Positions 26,942 to 40,387 of a stretch of DNA of 64,000 nt are shown one piece after another (position 1 is the stretch's first letter; each line of letters begins with the position of its first letter). A program made the translations under genes and the position numbers. The stretch covers positions 153,202,001 through 153,266,000 of the forward strand of contig NC_043000.1 of the NCBI RefSeq assembly GCF_006345805.1. The letters run 5' to 3'. This stretch comes from Octopus sinensis. Lineage: Eukaryota. A model generated the notes under the pieces. That model was not told the DNA's origin. It was given only the letters and a program-made list of their open reading frames with translations, and searched no databases.

Positions 26942-27044
26942 ATTATATATATATATATTATGTATATATATATAAATAAACAGAAAATAAGAAAATGGAG
27001 ATATAGCATTTAATAAAAATTTATTATCTGCTAAAATCAACATA

Positions 27045-27095
27045 GTCCTTTACAGCTGTTTCAATTAAGCCTAAAAAGGCTAAATTAACATCAAA
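27045..27095 (-). ncRNA. decayed hammerhead-like motif
   Basis: Minus strand TTGATGT-tAATTtAGCCT tttt AGGCTtAATT-GAAA-CAGCTG-TA; core mutated, stem I poor. Confidence 0.4.
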
Positions 27096-27112
27096 TTGAA
27101 TATATATATATA

Positions 27113-27158
<46 letters not shown>

Positions 27159-27226
27159 ATACATATATACATACACATATATATACATATATATAGACAT
27201 ATATATATACATACATATATACATAC

Positions 27227-27259
<33 letters not shown>

Positions 27260-27267
27260 CTATATAT

Positions 27268-27587
27268 AGGCGTAGGAGTGACTGTGTGGTAAGTAGCTTG
27301 CTTAGGTAGACGGAAACTGAAAGAAGCCCGTCGTATATATGTATATATATATATATGTATGTGTGTGTTTGTGTGTCTGTGTTTGTCCCCCCAACATCGC
27401 TTAACAACCGATGCTGGTGTGTTTACGTCTCCGTAACTTAGCGGTTCGGCAAAAAGTGACCGATAAAATAAGTACTAAGCTTACAAAGAATAAGTCCTGG
27501 GGTCGATTTGATCGACTAAAGGCGGTGCTCCAGCATGGCCACAGTCACATGACTGAAACAAGTAAAAGAGTAAAAAGAGTAAAGAGT
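27268..27587 (+). mobile_element. SINE family A with internal deletion
   Basis: Head jumps from gcttgctta directly to ggtagacgg, lacking the B box and CORE-like part. Confidence 0.88.
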
Positions 27588-27603
27588 AATATATATATGT
27601 GTG

Positions 27604-27672
<69 letters not shown>

Positions 27673-27931
27673 TGTATGTATGTATATCAGTGTGTGATGA
27701 CTATTATGATTCCGCAAGCCTTGTCATATGCATATCTGTTTTCCCAATTATTATAACACCGCTGTAGGTTCTCGGTGAACTGAAAGTGAGTCTCATTCAA
27801 TTCTATTTGTACCTACTTCACATACCTCTCTAATCCCCTTCTATGTGGAATGTTAACCTCAATTTCTCATCCATTTCAAAAAACATTAATTTGTCTCTGT
27901 GTGTTATGCGTGCGTGCGTGCGCGCTTGTGG

Positions 27932-27962
<31 letters not shown>

Positions 27963-28012
27963 TCCATGCTTATGCATACGCACGAATATTGACGCATACT
28001 TATATATATTCA

Positions 28013-28083
<71 letters not shown>

Positions 28084-28853
28084 TTATCTATCTATCTATT
28101 TATCTATTTATTTATTTATTCATTTATTTATTTATTAATCTATCTTTAAATATATACACGGGAATAGGGGAATCCACAACAAAATACAAAATCAAATGCA
28201 AAAAAAAAACTCTCGAAGTCCCAAAAACGTTCACAATTGATATAATAGGTTAACGTTGAAAGAATGGAAAAAGAAGTTATAAAGTGAAAGTTATAGAGAA
28301 AATCACTTCGTCCATTATTCATACACCAACTTCGTGTTTTTTTTTTGTTTTGGCTTTTTGTAAATGACTGCAAGTCTTGTTTTATAGACCGCAACAACAG
28401 AGAATGCAGCCGGGCAAGTGACTTGACATTAGAACTGCTCACGCTTATAATACACTTTTCTTGCATTCCCCTTCTAAATCTGAGGTGCTGTGGTTGATCG
28501 AAATATCCTTAAATATAGCAAACTCTCGTAATATTCCTGTAATTATACTTGTTCTCCAAAGTATCTGAGACAAACCTGTATTTTTAGGGCAGATGTGCCG
28601 ATTATTATATTTTCTTAATGTAATTCGTAATGTAAGTAATATCATCTCTTAGATTGAAGCTTCCTATTTCACCCCTCTAAGATGCTCAATTGACAGTGTT
28701 ATAAGAATGTCGAGAAGTTGATTTTACATTAATCACTTTGGTTCCTTGCACTCTGAATTCAACTACTGTTGAGATCAACCTCGCCTTTCATTCTTTAGGG
28801 TCAATAAGTAGATACCATATTTTTTCACTTTCTCTTCTTTCCTTCCTTCTTTT

Positions 28854-28887
<34 letters not shown>

Positions 28888-29519
28888 TTTCTTTCTTCCT
28901 TATACTGCTTTTTTTTTCAGAAGAAATCAGCTGTGGTCTAAAAATGCCCAAGATGCACCGTATATTACGGTGTAGAGGAATCAATGCAAAGTAACACTTA
29001 GATCTTGCTCTCACAGTAGCCTCTATGAGGTATCTCTAACTTACAATCTATTCACTCTGGTGTGTTTTGAGGCTCAGCTATGTTCCTCACATTCTTTTCG
29101 CCAATACATTTAATGATATACCATTTGTTTAAAGTCATCTCTAAACATGGCCCATTCTTATGCAGACGACAGACTCTTCATCCTCCTTCATCTTCTGCAT
29201 ACACACATCATCCACATGACTCTATACATCTCACGTCAGTACCTGCATCACTTCTATTTATTACCAAAAGCTTGGAAGAAGTATTTCGATGATATATTAA
29301 TCTATTTGTTTTCACCTGCACCATAATGATCATATGAAGAAACAACTTTATAATATACCCTCTATGGACTTGGTTGGTTAATGACTAAGATTACTAAAGG
29401 CTCTACCAATGCTTCCCTAAGATTAATGACTAAGATTACTAAAGGCTCTACCAATGCTTCCGCAGAATAACGAAAATGGTATTCCAAATATGAATCCTTC
29501 TGGTGAAGCTCTAAAGCAT

Positions 29520-29960
29520 ATTCAATTCTAACGAACTACTAACTATATGATGCTCGCGAGATACACAATGGAATACTTCTCTCGTGTCTAATACAACGAA
29601 GCTAACATAATACTAAACATCATAGTTGATGCCCAAAAGAAGGCTGTCCAGCTGATTGGCAAACATACAGAAAAACAAATTACAATCTTAGTTGCATTTC
29701 TCTACTCACTTTATTACCCGTACAGCAGCCAATGCTTCACTGAACATAGTAGTTTCATAAGTTTTAAAGCTAAACTCCGCCAAAAAAAAAACCTCGTTTC
29801 TTCTCACCTCATTCATTATCCATGCTGTTTCATCAAAACCCCACCCTAACTAATCGCCCAATCCTTTTCACTGAGAATACCAACCTCTTGGGAGTCCATT
29901 ATTACTGACGTATTTTCTGCGGACGTAAACTTACAGATGTTCAATCTATGTTTAAACTAC
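29520..29960 (+). pseudogene. old CR1/L2-group LINE ORF2 C-terminal remnant
   Basis: TMEYFSRV*...IVDAQKKAVQLIG resembles the EY.S.VW...LD.IQK.A..LI segment downstream of CR1/L2 RT. Confidence 0.5.
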
Positions 29961-30009
29961 AACGGTTGCGCCACTCTCAGGGTGATCATAGGCATAACCC
30001 ATTCCTCCC

Positions 30010-31938
30010 GGTTAATATAGGGCGTAACAAATATCAGAAAATCAAAACAAAAATGTGTGTAATAGGTGTAAAACAACTTCCTATGAACGAATATGAAAAA
30101 AAAAATTCGCGCACGCGAAAGGGGGGTGGGGGAGAGGCCTCGGAAAATTCACATCGGGAAGTTCCGAAAGCGTCTGAGGGGCTGACCCGGGCACCAAAAC
30201 AAAAAAAAAATAGTGTAATATGTGTAAAACACTTGCTCTAAACGAATATGAAAAAAAATGCGCTCTCGCGAAAGAGGGGTGGGGGAGAGGCCTCGGAATA
30301 TTTATATCGGGAATTTCCGAAAGCGTCTGAACCGGGCACAAAAACAAAAAACAAAAACAGCGTAATAGGTGTAAAACAACTGCTCTAAACGACTATCATG
30401 AAAAAAATGCGCGCTCGCGAAAGGGGGGTGGGGGAGGCTTCGGAATTTTTCACATCTTCAGTCCACGGCCTTTAAACTAAGAAAAAATAGTGTAATTGGT
30501 GTAAAACTACTTGTTCTAAACGAGTATCAAGAACACACACTCACACATGAATCATAAACTCCGTATTTCGCAAAAAAAAAAAAAAATAAAGAGAAGAAAT
30601 TCTGGAAAAAGTGAAGAAATGTTGATCTCTCCGCCATGTGAATCAAAATACGTGTCAGAAACATCTTGAAATACTACAGAAATTATGTTACGAAAATGAT
30701 AATGTATACATACCTCTTTGAGTGGTCCATCGATAATGATGATAAAGAAATGAGTTGGATTTGAACTCAGAATATTGACTAACACAACTACATACTACAA
30801 GACTCAAAATATTCAGCCAAGTCACCACCCTTTAACTAGCAATAATAATAACATCAATAACATAACAGCCAAAAGATTTATTTGTTCTGAAAATAACAAT
30901 CATAGTAAATAAATATGTTCTTTAATATTCACATTCATGTGCACAGTTAAACACACTTACATACAAACAGTCACGCATGCATAATACAGAACGGAACACA
31001 TAAATGAAGGATGCATTACTTAGTATATATTACATCTAGAGAATTTTGATTAATAAGTCAAATATGCAAATTATAAAGATAATTAATTGCTTTACTAAAC
31101 AGTGTTGTAAAGGTGAAAAAATAAATTTGGGAAAAAAACAACGCCAAAACTAATTAATAAAGGATAATTAGGGAAGGATTGACACAAAAAATAATTTTTT
31201 CTGTCTCTTTTTTTCTGATAAATGCATCTTAATAAGTGAGAAGAATTGCATATATCTGAACTATTTCAAAGAAAAGCATAAATTTAATGTTTAAAATAGC
31301 TTTAACCAAGGAATGAGATCCAACATTTCTTCACTTTTTCCAGAATTTCTTCTCTTCTCTTTATTTTTTTTTTTTTGCGAAATACGGAGTTTATGATTCA
31401 TGTGTGAGTGTGTGTTCTTGATACTCGTTTAGAACAAGTAGTTTTACACCAATTACACTATTTTTTCTTAGTTTAAAGGCCGTGGACTGAAGATGTGAAA
31501 TTTCCGAAGCCTCTCCCCCACCCCCCTTTCGCGAGCGCGCATTTTTTTCATGATAGTCGTTTAGAGCAAGTTGTTTTACACCTATTACGCTGTTTTTGTT
31601 TTTGTTTTGTGCCCGGTTCAGACGCTTTCGGAAATTCCGATTAAATATTCCGAGGCCTCTCCCCCCCCCCTCTTTCGCGAGAGCGCATTTTTGTTTTCAT
31701 ATTCGTTTAGAGCAAGTTGTTTTACACATATTACACTATTTTTTTTTGTTTTGGTGCCCGGGTCAGCCTCTCAGACGCTTTCGGAACTTCCCGATGTGAA
31801 TTTTCCGAGGCCTCTCCCCCACCCCCCTCTCGCGTGCGCGAATTTTTTTTTTCATATTCGTTCATAGGAAGTTGTTTTACACCTATTACACACATTTTTT
31901 TTTTGATTTTCTGATATTTGTTACGCCCTATATTAACC
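30010..31938. mobile_element. non-autonomous foldback DNA transposon, about 620-bp TIRs with tandem subrepeats, 8-bp TSD (Merlin-like)
   Basis: TTCCTCCC|GGTTAATATAGGGCG...CGCCCTATATTAACC|TTCCTCCC; 30010-30630 is the reverse complement of 31316-31938. Confidence 0.9.
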
Positions 31939-33007
31939 TTCCTCCCTACTAAGCTACTAGCCCTCAACAGAAAATAAAGATTTGTGCGACAGTTTCAGCA
32001 AGATAAAAATTCAGATCTTGCTTTACCATACTCACTAAGGGCAATATATATTTGCGGTAGACAAATAAATATTGATTTTCTTATTTGGGAAGAAAGGTAA
32101 CACAACGTAATCTAACTCCTTCGTTTTCAGACCACGACTTTTCTCTAGAAGCCTTCTTCTTTTCTTTATCTGTTTCAGTTTCTAAACCACTCGCTCTCTC
32201 CTCTTCTTGTCTATCTATCAAGTTATCTTTCTTCCCCTCGCTATTTCGTTCCCATCCTTGTTACACCCACCCACCCACATGCAAATAAACACGAAACCCA
32301 GGATTTAAAGTGTTAGTTGTGACATTGAACGTGGTATAGTTTATATAGCTGTCAGAAATGTTATGTCGGTATGACAGCGGCTATCGAGTTAGCAGTGGTA
32401 GTCGTAGTAATAGTTGTTATTATTGATATTACGGTAGTTATTCTTTTGGTGTAGGGATAATATTTGTTTTCATGGTAATGTTATCAGCAGTTGTAGTATT
32501 GTTTTCAGTGCATCCTGCTCATAACGTAATGACATTGATAAATAATGATTTCTGATGTTGCCAGTACTGATGGATGGTAACAATAATAATCATACATGTA
32601 CTATGCTCGTTCAGTGTGGGTTTTAACACCTAATGTAGTGTTTTAACACCAAAATGATGCTTAATCAATTAGTTAATTGTAGTTACACACATAATGAAAA
32701 AATCATTAGCCTTAATGAAATTTTTTGCCATAAAAAGCAAAAAAGTTAGCGCCAAAATTCAAAGTGATTAATAATTAAAGGAGCACTTATGGCGGGGAGT
32801 GAGTCTGGTTTTGGTAAATGCAATGATAGCTCCAGACATCTTCCGCTGATATTATTCGCATCAAATTCTTTGTAAAATTGGTGATGATATCGGTGCTCTT
32901 GCTGTTTATTATCAGCGGCGTTCCATCTGAGACTATTCCATATTATACTGTATTTTGAAATAATAGCATGAAATTTAATATCAAAAAAAATTCTCACGAA
33001 GATATAT

Positions 33008-33555
33008 GTTAGTTAGTTAGTTAGTTAATTTGGCTCAAAAGCAAAAAGCAAGGCCATGTAGGGGGACATGGAGTTAAGTACAGGGTGGTGTTCATGTAAA
33101 GAGTTCAGGTCACTTGAGGTCCAGGGAGGCTTTGAACAAAGCGGTCGTCGGCATCTTTACCATCTCGTCTGGCAGCTTGTTCCACGGATCCGCAACCCGG
33201 ACGGAGAAAGCTCCTCTCCTTCGATTGAGATGAAATCGTCGCAGGTAGAGCTTTTCGGAATGACCCCGCAGCCGACGCTCTGGAGCAGGAGTGAAGAACA
33301 GCTCTTTCGAGAGGTTACACTTTCCGCTTATGATGTTGTGGGCGAGAATGAGATCACCACGGCGGCGGCGGTTTTCAAGAGAATAAAGGTCGAGCGTCCT
33401 CAGCCTTTCTTCGTAGGACAAATTTTTGAGACCATGAACCATGCGGGTAGCCAGCTTCTGGACTCTTTCGAGATGCTGTATGTCTTTGAGGAGATAAGGA
33501 GAAGAGGCTTGAATCCCATACTCCAATATGGGTCTCACCAGCGTCTGAAATAGTA
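33008..33555 (-). mobile_element. CR1-clade LINE, 5'-truncated, uninterrupted ORF2 C-terminus, (CTAA)n tail
   Basis: FQTLVRPILEYG...LERVQKLATRMV...YEERLRTLDLYSLENRRRRGDLI...FSVRVADPWNKLP; (gtta)n at 33008-33028. Confidence 0.92.
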
Positions 33556-34767
33556 TTGTATCAAAAATATTTGTAAATATACGAAACATGGCAGTTTAAA
33601 AATTTGTTAAGTAATGTATCTTACGATCTTTTCATGAAAGTATTGTCATCATTATGGAATCCATTTTTGATACACATTGATAGACAATACTTTCGCTCGT
33701 CAGAGATGGAGAAGATAAAGTTTTTATAATATATCGAATATTGTTTGAAAATTAGAAAAATATATGAGATGGTATTTTTGAAAGAATAGATTAAAATTTA
33801 CTGGTTTAGATTTATGCAGGTCGACTTTGGTAAGAAAATTTAAAGTTTGTATATATATATCCCTGGGAAGTTCATCCCAGTAATCCATGACTGCTTTTGA
33901 TTTATGCAGATAGACTATTCCATATTATATTAAGAATGTTGGGTTTAAGGTCACGTTATCCAATATGGACTTCCATCTTCAAGACTAAATGGTTTGAGTT
34001 GAGGGATGTTCGACTGCTATCTCCAGCAAATTGAGCAACCAGTTAGATGCCGCCTTCTTTGGCTCATTTTATTATCATTGTTGTTGTTTGCTCTATTTTA
34101 TAGTAGTAGTAGTAGTAGTAGTTGTAGTAGTTGTTGTAGTAGTAGTAGTTGTAGTAGTTGTTGTAGTAGTAGTAGTAAATAAATATAAGTGTTGTTCGTG
34201 TTGTTGTTGTTGTTCTTAATGTGGATGAATTCATGAGTTCTTCATTTCTTTCTTTGCATTAAAATTCTTTTTTTTTCCATCTTGGTTTTGTTATTAGTCG
34301 TACGGGTGTAATTTTAGATTCCGACTTTCTCTTAAACACTAAGATTTGTCGACTTCCGCAATTTAAGTTGGATTTATATGCCGACCTACTGGCTCTCGAT
34401 GATGCAATGTTAAAGCCTGGGGTCAGGTTGAGGAAATTAGGTGGGGGGTTTTCTAACTACATTCCAGAGTTCGCTTGTAGTTATTCTGTGACATACGTGT
34501 GTGGTCTTCTGGTGAAGAGGTCCGTCATTTGTAAATTTTTTTTTGTTGTGTTATTTTTCTCAAAACATTGTCGCTAAATAATAACAAACTAAATGTTACA
34601 TTAATTCAGTGCAGTCAAACCAGGAGTGGTTCCCTAGGCTATGAGATCAATCCTTTCCATATCCACTGAGAGGTATATTAATACACGAGGGTATTTTTCC
34701 CGAACATTTACTTCATTAATTGTACAAGCTACACACATTTACACACTTGCACACAGACACACACACC

Positions 34768-34823
<56 letters not shown>

Positions 34824-34859
34824 CATATATATATTGTTATATTTCGGAATGGTCATATT

Positions 34860-35585
<726 letters not shown>

Positions 35586-35823
35586 AAAAGATGGAGAAAC
35601 AAGATGAGGTACGTTCTTTGAGAAAGTCTGGTAGAACGATCATACAACATTTGCGTAAGAGAAGGAACATTTTTACTTAATTTTAGAGCCATCACTGTAA
35701 ACCCACTCCACCTTACACACTCTCACGTACCTACACACAAACAAAAACATACCCGCACACGCATATACACATACATAAACACACATAGATAAGTGTATAC
35801 ATATAATATATATATATATATAT

Positions 35824-35898
<75 letters not shown>

Positions 35899-36281
35899 GT
35901 GTGTGTGTGTGTGTGTGTGTAAGTTTGAATCCTTGTATCTTTCTTTCTCATTGTATATAAATATGTATATACGTATATATAAACATTCATATATTTCTAT
36001 GTATACACACATAAACACACAGACATGTATGTATATGCCTGTATGTATGTATATATGCCTGTATGTATGTATATATGTATGTGTGTGTGCATGTATGTGT
36101 GTGTGTGTGTGTGTTCGTTGTATATATATTACAAATTTTGTTTGCTGTCAATTTTCGCATCTTTTCCATGCATTTGTCACACTTCAATACAAACTGATAG
36201 ATTTCTGAGTCTATACTACATTGCAAGTCTCCAGTGCTCTATTGTAGCAGCTGTTACCATTTACCATTTTCAGTCTGTCTC

Positions 36282-36402
<121 letters not shown>

Positions 36403-36574
36403 TTGGGTGTCTGTCACTTTGTCTATAAATCAATTTATCTACGTATCAATCAAAATATGTGTATACATAGAGTGACTGATATACTTATAGATATACAATT
36501 ATATATATACACACACATATGTGTTTGTGTGTATGTATATATACATATACATATACATACATATATATATATGT

Positions 36575-36627
<53 letters not shown>

Positions 36628-36632
<5 letters not shown>

Positions 36633-36840
36633 AGAATTCCCTAAAAAGCAAAAGACGAAGACATGTGGTGTAGACAACAAACAGATGTATTAGTATAACG
36701 TTCGGGAAGTCTTTAACGTTTCGAGCTTACGCTCTTTCACAGAAAGGAAGACAGAAAGAAACAAGGAGAGAAAATAAAGAACGTGTAGTGGCTAGCAAAC
36801 TATCATGGCTAGCAAACTATCATGGCTAGCAAACTATCAG
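36628..36840 (-). mobile_element. short repeat family D with hammerhead-like motif
   Basis: Minus strand CTTT-CTGTGAA-A-GAGC gtaa GCTC-GAAA-CG-TT-AAAG; 17-bp unit tggctagcaaactatca x3 at 36789-36839. Confidence 0.8.
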
Positions 36841-37098
36841 GAGGGTCACATAGGAGAGCTAGGGAGAAGGGGAGATAATAAAGTAGTGGTGATCCCAAAA
36901 CGAGGTGCGCGTGCGTGTGTATAAGAGAGCTTGTATGTGCGTGTGGAAGTGGGCTGGTGATCTTGACGCGTGCGTGTGTGTATGTGTAGGTGTGAAAATG
37001 TGGGTCTGGAAAGTGGTCAGTGCTGATGTGTGCGTGGTGGTGTGTTGTGATGCGTTGTGTGGTATGGTGGTGTAAGGTGTAGTGGTGTGTGGTTTGAG

Positions 37099-37151
<53 letters not shown>

Positions 37152-37229
37152 CATATATATATATATACATATATACCTGTATGCATACATACATACTTAC
37201 AAATACACATATCTATATGCATAAATTTA

Positions 37230-38052
37230 CATATCAAAAAGTTCCCGAACTAGTTATGATTAATAAAAATAACAAACTTAACTAGGTTTTAGCATCCTGT
37301 CCTTCGATACAATACACCAGTCTCAGCGTTCCTTCTACCTTTAGAATCCCGTCTGGAAGTCCTTCACCTTTGAGCCACATTTTCGTCTCAGGAAAGAGCT
37401 GGAAGTCCATAGTGCTATACCTGGCGAATAGGGTGGGAGTGGAAATGATACAATGTTGTTTTTGGCGAGGCACTAACGATTGAGGAGAGCTCAGTGATAA
37501 GGTGGATTGTCGTCGTGAAGAATCCCTTCCTTTGCGCTCCACAGGTCTGGTCGCTTTCGCCAAATATTTTCCCTCAAACACTGCAAAACTTCGTAGATTA
37601 TCCTCCGACAATTCTCATACACGAGCTGATGCATTTTATCCACACTTCCGAGGGTGGCGCTCGTGGCAGGTCTTCCAGATCGCTCATCGTTATCCAGGGA
37701 CGTTCTTCTGCTTTTGAAACGCCCGTGCCACTCGAAACATTGCGTACGACCCATTACCTCGTTGCTGTAAGCTTACTAAAGAAACGCTCAATGTCTTTGT
37801 AGCAGACTTCTCAAGTTTAAAGCAAAATTTCCCTTTGGCTCTTTGTTCAAAATTCCTGTCTTTGTCAAAATCGCAGACTACAGTCCGACCACAAAAAACA
37901 TGAATTTCACAAGTTGCGAACTAAACATAGCGATGGCACTCGGCACACTGCCTCATGAAGGTCACTGCTAGCTCTCACTGCGCACGCAATAGTATGCTGC
38001 CATCTGTTGGCGCGCTACAGAACTAGTCCGGTGACGCTTTGACATCACCACG
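37230..38052 (-). mobile_element. internally deleted mariner element
   Basis: MGRTQCFEWHGRFKSRRTSLDNDERSGRPATS; WRKRPDLW...ILHDDNPPYH; DFQLFPETKMWLKG; weak TIRs (tcaaaaagttcccgaactag / ctagtccggtgacgctttga). Confidence 0.8.
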
Positions 38053-38153
38053 TACACACACACACACGCACACATGCATGCACACCAGCACCTACACATA
38101 TATACAGGTATATGTATATATGTGTACACACACACACACATATATATATACAC

Positions 38154-38650
38154 ACAAAATATATAATTATATAAATATAATTATAGTAAGGGCACAACTG
38201 AGTAGCGCCACATGCTAGAAATAAACGCCAAATGGCTCTTAGACCTACATCATTTATCATAGATGAACAAATTAGATATAGCTTGTATATAAGTGTGAAC
38301 ATTTGTATATCCACTTGTGGTTAAGTTGTGTTCGTATAGGCGTATATAAATGTTTATAATTATGTATTTTGAGTTACACCATACTGAAGACGGTAAAAGG
38401 TGTTACATTCATTAACTAGAAATCGATTTATGGTTAGACTCTCCTAAAAAAATCTTCGTTGTTCATTTCCCTCACTTTCAGCCCGTGCCAATATGATAAT
38501 GTTGTCCTTAGACCCATTTGGCGTCTATTTCTACTATACGGCACTACTCAGTAGTACCCCTACTATAATTATATTTATATAATTATATATTTTGTATTAA
38601 TTTTTACCTATATGGGTTTATTACCTGCTGGGTACTTGATAAATTCTGAT
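38154..38650 (+). mobile_element. element with about 85-bp inverted repeats enclosing a hammerhead (Penelope-like inverted terminus)
   Basis: 38154-38240 is an imperfect reverse complement of 38509-38595. Confidence 0.65.
38371..38441 (+). ncRNA. type-I hammerhead ribozyme
   Basis: GAGT tac ACCATA-CTGAAGA-(imperfect stem II)-GAAA-TCGA-TT-TATGGT tag ACTC; intact core, stem I with internal loop. Confidence 0.72.
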
Positions 38651-38934
38651 TTTATATATATATATATATGTATATGTAAAAAAACACAAACTGGGACAAG
38701 AACGCAAAACATTTAGAAGACGATACAAAAAACACGGACGTGACATTCGAAGACTTCAATCTTCAGTCAAGAACTGGATCATCCTCGCAATTTCGGCTGA
38801 TTAATCTTGAGATTGCTCCGACCTGGCCAGCCCCAAAGGAAAATCTAAGCCAAGCGCATTAGATTCCTTGGAAGAAAGCCTCGAATGTATACAAAACAAG
38901 GACGGGAACGAATAAGAATACAAAAATACAAATA

Positions 38935-40320
38935 TATATATATATATATATTTTTTATTGACTTACATTTATATATTTATACTGCACCGGTCCAGACGTG
39001 TTTTCCACTGTTGGAAGCGGTCCCAAAACACTTGCAAAGTGATACTTTTTAACGCTCCCTCGTCGGCCTTTTCTTCACCTCTTCCACATCTGCAAAACGT
39101 TTTCCTTAAAGGACGTTTTTACATTCGAGGGGACAAAAAGAAATGTCGCAATTCTTTTCGCATCGAGGAAATCAATCAGTATCGTCTTGGCACTGGATTT
39201 CAATTGAGGCGCTTTTTGGGGGTGTGATGACATTGAATGCTGATCGTTTCCGGGTCGTTGCTATAGCAGCAGCTTTCGTCACCAATGATACCTTCAGAAA
39301 AGGGTCCGGATCAACTCCAACTTTTCTTTCAGTTCACGACGCGCATTTGTGAGTTAAGCCATCGTTTGTTTAGGTTCGAAGCTTTGATACTTAATTGTAG
39401 AACGTTGGAACGAGTGCTCAACACCGCATTGGTAGATAAATATTTTTTTAAGGCCTTAAGCCACAAATAAAGAAATTATCTATTCCCCCAATGCGGTGTT
39501 GAGCACTCATTCCAACATTCTACATTTACGTATCAAAGCTTCCGACGTAAAGAACATCGGTTGAGCACTGAAAACGAACGAAGATCAAAACAATCATGGC
39601 CTTAATTCACAAATAAAGAATATATATATATAATATATTATATATATATTTTATTGACTTACATTTATATTTATATACTGCACCGGTCCAGACGTGTTTT
39701 CCACTGTTGGAAGCGGTCCCCAAACACTTGCAAAGTGATACTTTTTAACGCTCCCTCGTCGGCCTTTTCTTCACCTCTTCCACATCTGCAAAACGTTTTC
39801 CTTAAAGGACGTTTTTACATTCGAGGGGACAAAAAGAAATGTCGCAATTCTTTTCGCATCGAGGAAATCAATCAGTATCGTCTTGGCACTGGATTTCAAT
39901 TGAGGCGCTTTTTGGGGGTGTGATGACATTGAATGCTGATTCGTTTCCGGGTCGTTGCTATAGCAGCAGCTTTCGTCACCAATGATACCTTCAGAAAAGG
40001 GTCCGGATCAACTTCCAACTTTTCTTTCAGTTCACGACGCGCATTTGTGAGTTAAGGCCATCGTTTGTTTAGGTTCGAAGCTTTGATACTTAATTGTAGA
40101 ACGTTGGAACGAGTGCTCAACACCGCATTGGTAGATAAATAATTTCTTTAAGGCCTTAAGCCACAAATAAAGAAATTATCTATTCCCCCAATGCGGTGTT
40201 GAGCACTCATTCCAACATTCTACATTTACGTATCAAAGCTTCCGACGTAAAGAAACATCGGTTGAGCACTGAAAACGAACGAAGGATCAAAACAAATCAT
40301 GGCCTTAATTCACAAATAAA

Positions 40321-40330
<10 letters not shown>
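38935..40330. repeat. 696-bp tandem duplication, each copy a minus-strand deleted mariner fragment plus a hairpin
   Basis: ORFs 38958 and 39654 nearly identical at offset 696; minus-strand FQQWKTRLDRC and IGDESCCYSNDPET; inverted arms 39378-39438/39476-39542. Confidence 0.9.
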
Positions 40331-40360
<30 letters not shown>

Positions 40361-40387
40361 TGCTTTATTTTTTATAATTTTTTTTTA

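Noticed and set aside
33068-33553. 161-aa plus-strand ORF
   Set aside because: Antisense shadow of the CR1 ORF2 fragment.
38735-38775. Minus-strand CTGAAGA...ttcGAATgtc motif
   Set aside because: GAAT rather than GAAA and no stem I pairing.
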